A stretch of 64,000 nucleotides of DNA, taken from NCBI GenBank assembly GCA_964016885.1, contig OZ024743.1:157604001-157668000 (forward strand), in the 5' to 3' direction. The DNA comes from Eledone cirrhosa (Eukaryota). Positions 41,504-55,899 of this stretch are shown here, piece by piece (position 1 is the stretch's first letter; the number at the start of each line of letters is the position of its first letter). Made by a program: the position numbers and the translations under genes. A model generated the notes under the pieces. It was not told the DNA's origin and ran no database searches. It saw nothing but the letters and a program-made list of their open reading frames with translations.

Positions 41504-42876
41504 ATATATATATATATATATGAAGAAAAGAGTAGTCTAAGTTTATGGATAGTTTAAATTAGTGAATGTTATTAGCCGGGAGGAGAGTAGACAAGAAAGT
41601 AGAAACAGGTCAAACATATTAGAGGTCACTTGGCAATAGAGAAAATGCACTTTATGATTTATCAGGGGAAACATTGACCACTGCTGTTATTCTTATTTAT
41701 CCTCATGTCAGTCTGAATTCTCAGGCAATTATCAACGAGGTTCTAGCCTTATTTAAGGCATTGTGCATCAAGGATATCCAAATCATCCTTCTTTTTAGTT
41801 GATGGGAAGTGATTCAAAAGGACGTTTGGCTGCTGTTTCTAGTAGTTCACATGACCAGATAGAGACATTTTTGTTCGTTATTTTTTAATTGGTATGTGAA
41901 AGAGAAGATGCAGTTCGGCAGTAGGTCAAGAGTTGTAGTTTGTCGGTGTTTGAATGTTTACCTTAAGTAATCTTTTGTCATTTTTTCCATTACGTTTTTA
42001 CCTTGGTTATAGGGGCAGTTTTCTTTTCTATTATCATGAATATTTGAGCTTTGTTAAGAAATAAGCAGTATTTTCTTATTCTAAATCTTCAAGTATTCAA
42101 AACACTTTTGACTTTGTTGTATCTTATAACATTAATACTCAACTTTCATTTCAATAGTATAGATATTTCCAAAGTCATTCCATTGATATGGTTTCTCAAT
42201 TTTATGTATATATTTACTGCTGATTTCTTTTCTTTTTGTTTTCATTCAGACATTTCTTGGTCTGGAATACCAAACTCAGGATAATGAGCTCAGCTTATTT
42301 CATCCATTTCAATTTCATTTCTATGGTTTCGTAGAAAACTATGTGTTAGTATGTCATTTAGAGACTTCACACATTCAATATATCAAAACAAAAATATAAA
42401 AGAAACGAGAACGGAATAGTTTAGTAAAATGTCCACATCGATAGTTGCCAATCTCTCAAACAATATAGTTTTCAATGTACTTACGTTGTTGTAAAATGAA
42501 ATAGTGACTGATTTTACATTACACCGCGAAAGAAAACAGAAAATATCAAAAAGCTTGTTGAAAAGAAATGATCTTTCAACGCAATGATACGAATTAATAC
42601 AGAAGTTATGCAGAGTATCCTTGATTCAATTTTTATATGTAGATATTATTTCTTCTTCACCTGCATTTTACAAAATGAAGTGAAACGAAAACAAATTCAA
42701 TGGAATATAATATTTAAATTTTATTTAATCAATAAAAAGGCTATATTCAATCCTGTACTATATATTCTAAATATTGCGGTTGAAAAGTGTATTTTTGTAA
42801 TACGATCTTATTTGAATATATGAACGTTTTTACTGTGTAAGTCTTTGTTGTGAATATATATATATATATATATATA

Positions 42877-43853
42877 AATGAAGTAATTCCATCGGAAAAG
42901 TCCAGGAAAAAAGAGTGCTCTATGTAGGCAACAGAGCTTAATTATTATTATTATGTAATAAACAACATAAGGCAATTATTCCATTTACCAGTGGTTTCTT
43001 AAAAGCAAAAGGTTTTGCTTTCAATCCTCAGAATGAAAAAATCCTGGTTTGTTTATTGAATTTGGATTACAAAAACAAAAATGCAATCTATATGAAAGTG
43101 AGGCTGAGAATTTTCCGTCCCATAATATCGGTTTATACCGTGATGACGGATTAGCAGTTTCTCATACCACCAACGGCCATAATCTTGATAAATTCCGTAA
43201 AGATTTAATCAATACTTTTGCTAATCTTAACCTTAAAATTACTATAGATACGAACCTTACTAATGCTAACTTTCTTGATATTAATCTTGATCTACTTACT
43301 GCCTCTTTTAAACCCTATCATAAACCTAATGAAAATCTTAGGTATATACACAAAGAGTCTTGCCATCCCCCTATAGTTTTTAATAATCTTATTCCTAACA
43401 TTAGCCGTAGGATTTCTACCGTATCTTCGTCTATAGACATTTTTAATAAAGCCGCATCTTATTATAATAAAGCCCTTAAGAACAGCGGTTTTACAGAAAA
43501 CATTTCTTATTTACCTACTCCCCCCCCCCCCTAAAACTAACCATAATAACATGAAAAGGAAGATTATTTGGTTCACACCCCCTTCTCTCTAACTGTCAAA
43601 ACTAATGTAGGAAGGAAATTCCTTGAACTATTAGATAAACATTTTCCTCCTAGTCATAGATATTATAAGATTTTTAATAGGAATGTAGTTAAGATCAGCT
43701 ACTCTTGTTGCCCATCTATGAAGTCCAAAATCACCAGTTCAAACCGTACGAGGATAAATCAAGGATGCAGAATTGAAAGCAAAACCTTTTGCTTTTAAGA
43801 AACCACTGGTAAATGAAATAATTGCCTTATGTTGTTTATTACAGAATAATAAT

Positions 43854-43860
<7 letters not shown>
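42877..43860 (+). mobile_element. Naiad-type PLE fragment (RT motif C/thumb) between inverted pLTR pieces and (TA)n
   Basis: GLYRDDGL, NFLDINLDL, PYHKPN, YIHKESCHPP, W(F)TPPFS..VKTNVGRKFL.LLDKHFP..H.YYKIFNRN.VKISYSC; inverted repeat 42943-43025 vs 43772-43858. Confidence 0.85.
42982..43035 (-). ncRNA. Type I hammerhead ribozyme, canonical core
   Basis: CATT-CTGAGGA-TTGAAAGCAAAA(CC)TTTTGCTTTTAA-GAAA-CCACTGG-TA-AATG. Confidence 0.88.
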
Positions 43861-43899
<39 letters not shown>

Positions 43900-43925
43900 G
43901 TATATATATATATATATATATGTAT

Positions 43926-44055
43926 GTTGATGATTTCTCCCGAATGAAACAGTTCTAGTCCTGTAGAAGCCATTTCTATATTAAAAATGTATACTCTGCT
44001 ATGTATTGAGTACCTTACTTACTGTGGTTACTCCCGATTGAACCCGGGATAAACT
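43926..44055 (+). mobile_element. PLE 3' tail starting at the hammerhead core; same family as 55688-55870 and 44297-44348
   Basis: TTGATGA-TTTCTCCCGAAT-GAAAC-AGTTCTA-GTC, then GTATTGAGTAC, ending in (TA)n. Confidence 0.7.
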
Positions 44056-44144
<89 letters not shown>

Positions 44145-44260
44145 GTATGGTAATTGCGCTGGCTTTTTCCTAGTCCATTGAGCGCTTGCTAGTCCATTGA
44201 GCATATCTCTAAAATTGCGCTTCGTTTTGTTTTGGCCTCCATCGAAATACGATCTCACTG

Positions 44261-44298
<38 letters not shown>

Positions 44299-44369
44299 TT
44301 TATCCGGGGATCAATCGGGCGTGACCACAGTTTGCAAGGTACTCAATATATATATATAGAGAGAGAGAG

Positions 44370-44578
44370 AGGAACGAGTAGGACCCCGACGGCTGAGCTC
44401 AAGCCGTTTCGACGGCTAATTCTGGACTAAAAGTCTATTTAGTCCAGAATTAGCCGTCGAAACGGCTTGAGCTCAGCCGTCGGGGTCCTACTCGTTCCTA
44501 TTACCCACTCTACTACCCTAAGTATTGAGTACTTTGGTGCGTTATGGTCCACCGTGTCCTTACCACATTTCCTTCGTT
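44370..44578. repeat. Perfect 62-bp-arm hairpin (6-nt loop) plus tail; PLE-derived
   Basis: 44370-44431 is the reverse complement of 44438-44499 and contains the hammerhead 3' half GAAA-CGGCT(TGAGCTC)AGCCG-TC. Confidence 0.85.
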
Positions 44579-44789
44579 ATATATATATATATATATATAT
44601 ATATTCGTGTGTGTGCATGCGTACGCTTAATAATGAGGATCGTAAAAATGAGTACTCAATACTATTGTAGAGATTAATATATTATTTATTATTAACATGA
44701 GTCTAGGTTTGAGACATTCCTCTAAAGTTTCTACCGTGTACACATAGGATCTGCTGACGGTTCTGAGTGAAGACAGGAGAATCTCAACT

Positions 44790-44990
44790 TTGGACGCATA
44801 CATACATACATGGTGGCTGCCAACTCGTTTTCGAGTACGGCCACTACTTTATATCCATGTAGGAGAACCCCTACCGATGCGCTGAACGAGTGTGACTTTT
44901 TAGTCCAGCCAGCGACTTGAAAACTGGTACAAACACTAAACTTGTCACAATTATTGACATATAGTTCTGGGCCCATGGTACCATGTGATG
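44790..44990 (-). mobile_element. RTE 3'-end fragment
   Basis: Reverse complement of 47030-47207; encodes ..[15 protein letters not shown]; (TATG)n tail. Confidence 0.75.
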
Positions 44991-45030
44991 TACATACATA
45001 CATACATACATACATACATACATACATACA

Positions 45031-45061
<31 letters not shown>

Positions 45062-45063
<2 letters not shown>

Positions 45064-45748
45064 TTATGAAAAAATGTAGTCCTTCATTAGTGATCTTACA
45101 ACCTTCATTGGTATTTCATCGCTTTGAAGACCATATACCTCCGGTTGGTGCGAGCAACGGCTAAAAAAGTCGTTGGGACACGTTAATAAGGGGAACGAGC
45201 GAGACTGTAAACAATCAAAGATGGTAATGCAACGAAAAGTGAGGAAGAAATAGTCAAGTCCCTGAAATCAATGAATATAAGTTCTGTGAAATCGTGGACG
45301 AGAGAGAATAAAGACCATCAAACCTGGTCGAAATGTGAGCAAGGAAAGAATTTCGCACAGGTCAAACGGAAGGAAGAAGAAGACAAGTCCCTGAAATCGG
45401 TGAACATAAGTTCTGTGAAATAGTAGACGAGAGAGAATAAAGAACAACCGACCTGGTCAAAGTGTGCGTGAGGAAAGAATTTCGCACAGGTCAAACAGGA
45501 GGAAGTAGGAGAGGGAGTAGCAGAGAGTGAGTGAGTTAAAGGTGAGGAAGAGGCTAACAGAGAGAGTGACTGTTAGAGGGGGTAAAGGGAAGTGAGAGAT
45601 ACAGAGAAAATAGGAAGCAGTAAGAAAGAAACAGACGGGTGACAGCGGTGGAAATTATATATATGTGAATATGAAAACAAGACGTGCTGCGTGGTTGCAA
45701 AAGGGTTACATATGAATAAATTTAGTCCTTCATCAGTGATCTTCCAAC
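45062..45748 (-). mobile_element. Non-coding repeat with terminal direct repeats (family shared with 53392-54052); internal 129-bp tandem duplication
   Basis: TAGTCCTTCAT(C/T)AGTGATCTT occurs at ~45077 and ~45723; GGTTGGTGCGAGCAA is shared with ~53521. Confidence 0.7.
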
Positions 45749-45774
45749 ATATATATATATAAGAGAGGCACATA

Positions 45775-45992
45775 ATGTCGTGGGTTCAATTCATGGGCTG
45801 GGTTGTTGTATTGTGTTCTTGAGCAAAAACAGTATACTCAGCTGAACTTGAGTACCTGCAATAGCTGGGTGGGTTAGCCCTACGATGGACTGGCATCCTG
45901 TCCAGGGGGTAGTGTTGTACTCTCAGTCACACCAGATCATGAAACTGGGGTAAGCACCGTCCAAATGAACCTTCTGGCTTAAGACAGAATTT

Positions 45993-45998
<6 letters not shown>
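45775..45998 (+). mobile_element. SINE of a different family with a V-domain-like core
   Basis: B-box-like GGGTTCAATTC, TTGTGTTCTTGAGCAA, and GCCCTACGATGGACTGGCATCCTGTCCAGGG, which resembles the V-SINE central domain. Confidence 0.55.
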
Positions 45999-46026
<28 letters not shown>

Positions 46027-46029
<3 letters not shown>

Positions 46030-46596
46030 GGAAAGGAATGAAACGAAATTTCCTTTCTCACTCTTAGTACGTCTGATACCTAAATATAAGTATGTATACG
46101 TACATACATATATGTGTACAGACGTACAGTAGTATGTATATATATACATACATACACACATATATATATGTACGTACTAAGAGTGAGAGATGAAATTTCG
46201 TTTCATTCTTTTCCATTTATCTTTTTCGGTACGCCCGGCCGACTAACTCACTCGATATACAAATTAGGCTGCTCAGCCGTTAATATGCAGAAGGAAAGTA
46301 TATACTTTCAAACGTTCAATCATCTGACAGAAAGGTATACGATGCTGACGATAGCTAATAAGCTTGAAGCTAGTACATCTTTCCTGTGTCAGTGTTGAAC
46401 AAAAGGGTGACGGGGTGGCCTAAACACTGTACGGTGTAATTCGGGCTGTTTGTTTACAAACAAACAAACCGAGCATTATAATAAATGTTCGGTAAACCGA
46501 TACGTGCATATATATATGTGTACATGTATGTATATATATACATACTACTGTACGTCTGTATACATATATGTATGTACGTATACATATATGTATATA
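46027..46596 (+). mobile_element. Non-coding hammerhead element related to 21690-22310, with an inverted left arm
   Basis: Shared blocks AATTTCGTTTC, CGGTACG, ACTCAC..AT(A/G)CAAATTAG.CTGC.CA, the hammerhead and TGTTTACA. The left arm 46027-46172 is an inverted copy of the unit end + unit start. Confidence 0.7.
46341..46379 (+). ncRNA. Type I hammerhead ribozyme (A15.1>G variant)
   Basis: GATG-CTGACGA-TAGC(TAATAA)GCTT-GAAG-CTAG-TA-CATC. Confidence 0.8.
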
Positions 46597-47205
46597 TGTC
46601 AGGTCACCAGTTGGTGCTACTGGTAACATGTATTCCAGTACAACCTGTCCCATGGTCGGGTCGTTGGCGACTAAACTGGCAACCCCACCAAGGTTTCTTG
46701 GTGAGGAGGGTGACTTTGGACATCCTGCAGGACTAAAAACAAAACCTGTCAAAAGGCAAAGGAGCTCTTAAGAGTCAATGGCCATCCAAAATCACCGGGA
46801 GAGATGACCCCTTAGCCTTTGTCAAGGCAGAATTCTAGGAGAAGGAAAACTCTGATATAACACCTGCAACCCTGATGGTATCCAATGATGTTGACTTGTT
46901 CTTCTTTTTGGTAAATATCATCTTGGTTAAGAGAGTGGGACTGGCTTTGTGCAGTGCCTTTGCTCACTATAAAAGCTTCACGGCACAGGCATTGCTTTAT
47001 ATCTGGAGATCTCTCTGCATTTGTCGTCACATGGTACCATGGGCCCAGCACTATGTGTCAATAATTGTCACAAGTGTAGTGTTTGTACCAGAGCTTTCAA
47101 GTCGCTGGCTGGACTAAAAAGTCACACTCGTTCAGCGCATCAGTAGGGGTTCTCCTACATGGATATAAAGTAGTGGCCGTACTCGAAAACGAGTTGGCAG
47201 CCACC

Positions 47206-47207
<2 letters not shown>
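46597..47207 (+). mobile_element. RTE-derived bipartite non-autonomous element
   Basis: A structured 5' leader is joined to the ORF 3' end, which encodes the C2H2 finger [22 protein letters not shown], followed by a short 3' UTR and ATGT/TA tail. Confidence 0.72.
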
Positions 47208-47240
<33 letters not shown>

Positions 47241-47260
47241 CATATATATATATATATATT

Positions 47261-49360
<2,100 letters not shown>

Positions 49361-49399
49361 ATATATATATATATATAGTCTAAAGTGGTCTTTTTTTCC

Positions 49400-49438
<39 letters not shown>

Positions 49439-49674
49439 ACAATATAAAGAAATACACAGATACATGCGAACACATACATATACATGAATATATCCACATA
49501 TATCCCTGAATTTGTGGTGCCAACCTCACCGATGTTGCTCTATTAATAACTGGGACAAAATAATCCGAATGGATTAGATTGATTCAGTATCAGAGCTATA
49601 TAATACATTATAAAGAAAGAAGAAACATTAGATATAATTAATAATACATACCATACCCAAATTCCTACATTAGT

Positions 49675-49723
49675 TCTCGACTACGTAGTTTCGTGTCATA
49701 TTATGCAAAACACATCACAGAGA
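49675..49723 (-). ncRNA. Decayed hammerhead motif
   Basis: TCTC-TGTGA-TGTGT..GACAC-GAAA-CTACGTAG-TC-GAGA. All stems are present but the CUGAUGA core is damaged. Confidence 0.55.
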
Positions 49724-50281
49724 TATAGTAATTTTTGTGAGGTTTGCCGACTTATCAATAGGATACCTAATTAACAGTTTCAAAACACATCCGTAGGACG
49801 CGAGATAGAATCCCGAAAGGCGGAGGGGGAGTCAATCACGTGATATAGCGTTCAAGAAACAGAGCTAAGCCTCTTACAACCAAGAAAGAAATACCACAAA
49901 AGGCGGCGGGGGTATTTATATCAAAGCCGTAGAAGAGATGGCTAGGATGGTGAGAAGTATAAGTAATGATAGCTTTCCAGCAGTCACTACACTTTAAAGG
50001 TTACTCTACCATAGGGACGCGAGATAGAATTCCGAAAGGCGGATAGAATTCCGAACGGCTTTTCAAAATATTGTATTTTAAAGAGCACATTATTGACAGG
50101 GAGTAGCGAGAGTCTATGGCTCCGTTAATGTATCGTGATATATATATATATAGTAAGTGCATTATTGGTTGTGTAAAATGGTCCAATAACTTTATGTTAG
50201 CAATATTAAGTTCTCCACGCTTTTGTATATTTCCAATTCCATTCAAGGGAACAGCTAGATGATGTAAAACGGAGTATAAGT

Positions 50282-53200
50282 ATCAAAATGAAAATCCGAA
50301 GGCAAGGTAAAATTCCAATCATTTAATCACGACACATGTTTCAATAAGAGATAGATCGATTGTAAAGCTATGATCAATTATCACTGATCTCATCAGATGA
50401 AAATGAATTGTCTTCAAATTATTGATATGGGGGAGAAAAAATAACGATGTTCTCTCACAGAATTTATTCCCTCATATGAAGAGACACCAGTCAGAGACAC
50501 GGCGACTGCTATTAACTTCAGTTGATGTCATAAAGGTTTTCAGATTTTTATCGCTGCAAAATACACTGGACATCAATCAAAACTGTAGGGATACAATCTG
50601 TCACAGTTAATGTGAGTGGGTACACACCCATCCACACCCACATACACCGGCTCGAAGCCAAAGAAAAATATATACATATATATATACACACATCAACACA
50701 CTATTAAACCTGTAGAGTTTAATTGTGGAACCAATAAAACTACCGTTGAACGCAGTATGGAACGAGGTTCGAATAAGGAGAATAGGGACAGGTGTAGCAG
50801 ACGCATAGTGGATACAACCCCGGCTATCGAGGGTAATCCCAATGGCCGCCCTGGAGACTTGGGACGATTCAGAACACAATCGTGAAACCCCAGGACACCA
50901 TCGACCCACAGGCAATTTCCAGTTACAATAGACCAGTAACTACTAGGGAAACAGCTAATTCTAATATAGTTAGTAAGAACAAGAGGCATAGGACCAGAAA
51001 AGTCCTGTGGTATAATCCCCCTTACTCCACTGGCCTGACCACTAGTATAGCTAAGCTTTTCTTTAGGGCCTTGGACAAATGCTTCCCTAGATCGCACAGA
51101 TATTACAAAATATTCAATAGAAATACCATCAAGCTGTCCTACTCCACAACTAGTAACATAGCTCAGAATATAGCTAAGATGAATTATAGTAGACTTAGGA
51201 CAGTCCATGGGGGAATTAGGCATGGCAGGAACAATGGCGGCTCTATTGAGGAACTGACTCATACACGTGAGGCGAGTCGGGTCTCCCCAACCCCAGGTAA
51301 TTTACCCATAGAGCAGACAGGAACTGAGACCCGACCCCAAATGTACCGTGGTCCATCTGGAACTACCCAAGTCGATAGCAAAAAATATAACTGCAGAAGC
51401 ACCGCCACCTGCTCCCTGGCTGGGAAATGCCTTACCAAAAATATAGTCTACGACTGTAAGGTCTCCACTCCTGATAGAACCTTTAGGTATGTTGGGGCAA
51501 CTGCCAGGGAATTTAAGGATAGATGGTATAATCACCTCGATACCTTTAATAGATTAGATTAAAAAAATAGCACGGCACTTTCTGAATTAGTCTGGAGCTT
51601 AAACATCAGAATATAGAGCACTCCTTATCCTGGTACATAGTTTGCTCAGCCCAACCTTATAACGGCAGCACTGGCGTCTGCAATTTATGTATAGCTGAAA
51701 CTTTTAATATTATTAGAGGCGCCCCCCTATTAATTAATAGGAGAGCAGATCTTTTCAGCACCTGCCAACATAGAACCTCGGAAACCTTCCGCAGGATTTT
51801 TGGAAGGTAACCTACCACTAACTCCTCCTTCTCTGCTTTAGCCATAGAGTTATCTCAATAAACAGACAGTCACACACTCAGGTAGTTAGACGGCTAAGAT
51901 TGTTTGCGCACTTACAAAGGATACTCGGCCTGTTTCCACGGAGTTCTCACAGCTGAGAGCACTTTTTTAGAATACCTAGCTAGTAAATAGTTAGATTGAT
52001 TACACACTTAGTATACCTAGTTAGTAATTGATTGCACACGCAGACATGACCAATTACGCGCACCTACCTTTACTTTAAGATACCCTAACCATTGAGTTCT
52101 CTCAGTTGGGATATAGCTAGTCGTATAACACACTTAGTTAGGACCGATTACGCTCTCTATACATAACTCTACACACAGTACCCGTTTTCTTTAGACATGG
52201 AGCTCCCACAATTACGACCGTCACGTTCCTACCGACTGAACACTACACTATGTTTTGATCCCAGGAGGACTCACTGTTACGGATTGAACAATAATACTTA
52301 CACACCATTAATTGGCCTACACACATCCTTTGGATTTTACTATCCTGTGTTTTTTTACTTCACCTTCTATGTTGGATAACACACCTCCACCACTCAAACA
52401 ACTATCTTAAAAGCTCATTGGCCCATATGACGGGAAATCGCACAACTACGGACGCATTTACCCAATACCCAACCCTACACGGAGCCCTTTGCTGGCCTAC
52501 ATTGCGGGTGCTTGCACGCACGGATTTAGTGACCCGGATTCTCAATGGGACAGCGGTACATATTGAGTTCGATCTGAGCTGATTGCTTGCTCTTCACATG
52601 GATATGAATATACCCGGACACACCCTTTTTTGGACGATTCGGATGTGTATATACCATAACATACACTTGAAGATATGGATGTTACAATTCAATCTATACA
52701 CGTATAGCAGAACACTGAACTGAACTTACTTGCTTGTGTGTGGGGGGGGGGCGTTGGTTAGCCCAATATTTCCAATTTACATCGTCAAATTGAGATTTGA
52801 CCAATATAGCTTCTGTTGTTTTGTGAACTAACTTTCGGTGAGTGCTGTGTTGGTACATTCTTATATTTGATTCCTTATATTTTTTTTTCTCGGACATCGC
52901 TTCGGTGTGTGTGTACCCACCCACACCAACTCTACAGGTTTAATACTGTGTTGATGTGTGTATATATATATGTATATATTTTTCTTTGACCTCGATCCGG
53001 TGTATGCGGGTGTGGAATCTGTGTGTACCCACTCACATTAACTGTGACTGACTGTATCCCTACCGATTTGATTGATGTCCAGCGTCTTTTGCAGCGATAG
53101 AAATCTGAAAACTGTTATGATCTCAGCTGAAGTTAATAGCAGTCGCCGTGTCTCTGACTGGTGTCTCTTCATATGAGGGAATGAATTCTGTTAGAGAACA

Positions 53201-53363
53201 TCGTTATTTTTTTCTCCCCCATATCAAGAATTTGAAGACAATTCATTTTCACCTGATGAGATCATTGATAATCCGTCATGGCTTTAAAATCGATCTATCT
53301 CTTATTGAAACATGTGTCGTGATTAAATGATTGGAATTTTACCTTGCCTTCGAATTTTCATTT

Positions 53364-53368
<5 letters not shown>
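50282..53368 (+). mobile_element. 5'-truncated Naiad-type PLE with ~440-bp terminal inverted repeats
   Basis: 50282-50719 is the reverse complement of ~52928-53368. ORF 50882-51810 has WYNPPY, KIFNRNTIKLSYS, NCRSTATCSLAGKCL..NIVY..YVGAT..FKDRWYNH and CNLC..E. Confidence 0.88.
53249..53322 (+). ncRNA. Hammerhead motif with a long (47-nt) stem II region; inverted copy at 50327-50400
   Basis: TCAC-CTGATGA-[47 nt]-GAAA-CATGTG-TC-GTGA. Confidence 0.68.
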
Positions 53369-53391
<23 letters not shown>

Positions 53392-53401
<10 letters not shown>

Positions 53402-54052
53402 AACAAGGGGAGAAGAATACTGCATGGTTGCACATGGATTACATATTATAAAATTAGTCCTTCATCAGTGATTTGCCAACCATCATTGGTATTTCATCCC
53501 ATTAAAAATCACATACCTCAGGTTGGTGCGAGCAATAACTAAAATAAGCTATTGGGACAAGTGAAACGCGTAAAGCGAGTGAGACAAGTAAACAACAGAA
53601 GGAAATGCAAACCGAAGGATGGAAAACAGCAAGCCACATGATAGTTATCCGATCAGCATAATCTGGGTGAATTTCATGAGCGATCAGAGAAGCAGACCGT
53701 ACGCCGTGAATGCGGTGTGAGAAAGAAGGAACCCCACTACTAGCGAACGGGAGGAAGTGAGAAGGGGAGAAACAGAGAGTGAGTGAGTGGAAGTGCGAGG
53801 AAGAGGTCAGTCGAGAGAAAAAGTGTAACTGACAGAGAGGGCGAAAGAAGGTAAGAGAAACAGAGAGAACGGGGGAGCAGTAAGAGAGAAAGAGAGAAAC
53901 AGATAATCGCAGTTTAGGTAAATATATATGAAAAACAAGGGGAGAAGAATACTGCATGGTTGCACATGGATTACATATTATAAAATTAGTCCCTCATCAG
54001 TGATTTTCCAACCATCATTGGTATTTCATCGCATTAAAAATCAGATACCTGA
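53392..54052 (-). mobile_element. Non-coding element, 532-bp period with ~125-bp direct repeats, between (TA)n
   Basis: 53392-53520 is repeated at 53924-54050; CTGATGA lies on the minus strand in each repeat. Confidence 0.75.
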
Positions 54053-54061
54053 ATATATATA

Positions 54062-55065
54062 TAAGTATCGTGAGAGAGAAGCAGAGGTTTAACGGGATAA
54101 GCGATTCATATATTTAGTTGCCAAAAGGTTGCGCATTTGTGCTCAATACTTGTGCCTACAGGGTTAAATATTGGAAGCGTTAATATTTAGCGGGCGAAAA
54201 AATAAGCAGAGTGGTTACAAATGAAAGGATTACAAAGGAGAATATATACTGTTAGAACGTGTTGCTATAAAGCACCTACGTACGTTTCTCCCGAAAAGGG
54301 CTTCTCAGGGGCATAGAAAACTACAGATTGTTTTGAACGGGCCAGAAGTGGCCCCTATATAATGCTTAACGCTATTATGTCTAGATATGGTGCACCTATA
54401 AATAACATTAACTGTTTAAAAATAGATTTCGAACACATCTCCACTCTTTTAGAAACAAGAATCTAAAACACACCACATCACTCGCCAATTACATCACAAC
54501 ATTAAAAGACTCCAACATCAGCTTCTCCACACACTGGGAAATTGGCAGCAGGGCATCACCGTACAACTTCAAGAGGAAATGCGAGCGCTGCCTCATGGAA
54601 CTTTACCATATCATAAGAGCATCCGTCGAGCTCATCAAAAGCAGAGCAGAATCGGTGATAAACTGCAGGCACAGAACACAGCAGTCCTTCTTTGGATGGA
54701 AATGGACTGAGACATAAAAGCCATAAACTGGGTCCCCCTGTGCCAAACCATAACACTCCGGTGGGTAGGCTGTGCAAATAAACATCTGTACACCAACTAT
54801 ACATCTCAGACCCTGCCTGAATTGACAATGGTAAGGTAGCACCCACAAATTAGTATTGGGAAACCATTATCATGTGAACGGATAATAAGCCCTTTGGGGA
54901 CAATTATTGAAACACCGACCAGAGTTACTCCCCTTCTTCTGTGACAATAACAACGTGTATGTTTGACTAAGAATAAACTGTTATATATTTATCACTTAAA
55001 AACCCTACGTACGTGCTTTATATAAACATGCTCTAACAGTATATATTCTCCTTTGTAATCCTTTC

Positions 55066-55068
<3 letters not shown>
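54062..55068 (+). mobile_element. Short Naiad-type PLE: C-terminal half of GIY-YIG + 3' UTR, with inverted left pLTR arm
   Basis: 54415-54715 translates FKNRFRTHLHSF..TTSLANYI..WEI..RASPYN..KCERCLME..CRH. 54220-54285 is inverted at 55005-55068. Same family as 63558-63905. Confidence 0.8.
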
Positions 55069-55127
<59 letters not shown>

Positions 55128-55247
55128 GTCTGTATTTGTAAAGCCAAAACAATGCAGGTATGGACATAGAATATAAATGCAAATGTATATGTATGTATAT
55201 ATATATATATGTATGTGTATGTGTATATGTATGTATATATGTGTGTG

Positions 55248-55278
<31 letters not shown>

Positions 55279-55296
55279 TTTATATATATATATATA

Positions 55297-55675
55297 TACG
55301 ATATTATATAAATGGAAACTATATTTATAAAACCATATTTATTTCATTATATATATTTCAGGGATATCATATTAAAAATATGTTATGCCTTCTTCAGACA
55401 AAATACAATATAAACAGTCTTATAAATAGATAGATTCGACATACCTTTCAACTTCAACTTCCATTTAAAAAGTTGATTTGGTAGTGAAAAATATTAGGGA
55501 CAGTTATTTTTAATATGATATCCCTGAAATATATATAATGAAATAAATATGGTTTTATAAATATAGTTTCCATTTATATAATATCGTAAATATACTCCAA
55601 ATACTTGTTGAGTGCTTTTATATCAGTTATAAATATTTACTCGTTGTAACCCAACAATTTAAATAAAACTTTGCA
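55297..55675. mobile_element. Palindromic PLE pLTR insertion between (TA)n
   Basis: Arms 55297-55380 and 55505-55588. Confidence 0.78.
55344..55401 (-). ncRNA. Type I hammerhead ribozyme
   Basis: TTGT-CTGAAGA-AGGCATAACATATT(TTT)AATATGATATCCCT-GAAA-TATATA-TA-ATGA. Confidence 0.75.
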
Positions 55676-55687
55676 TATATATATAGG

Positions 55688-55863
55688 TACGTTATTCCGG
55701 TTGAATCGGAGGTAACCACCGTAAGTAAGGTACTCAATACATAGCAGAGTATACAAGTTTTAATATAGATGAGATTCTACAGGACTAGAACTGTTTCATT
55801 CTTTAGAAATCATCAGGATTCCTGATGATTTCTAAAGAATGAAACAGTTCTAGTCCTGTAGAA

Positions 55864-55870
<7 letters not shown>
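55688..55870. mobile_element. Palindromic PLE tail insertion whose axis lies at the hammerhead CTGATGA
   Basis: Arms 55769-55817 and 55821-55869; CTGATGA-TTTCTAAAGAAT-GAAAC-AGTTCTA-GTC on both strands. Confidence 0.82.

Positions 55871-55896
<26 letters not shown>

Positions 55897-55899
<3 letters not shown>

Noticed and set aside
42225-42330. Possible host exon after a polypyrimidine tract + CAG (TFLGLEYQTQDNEL...)
   Set aside because: Weak donor site, no recognisable protein and no partner exons; it would need RNA-seq support.
44700-44775. Hammerhead-like ACCGT..ACGGT-A-GAAAC on minus
   Set aside because: The 5' core reads CTCAGA and stems I/III are poor, so it was not counted.
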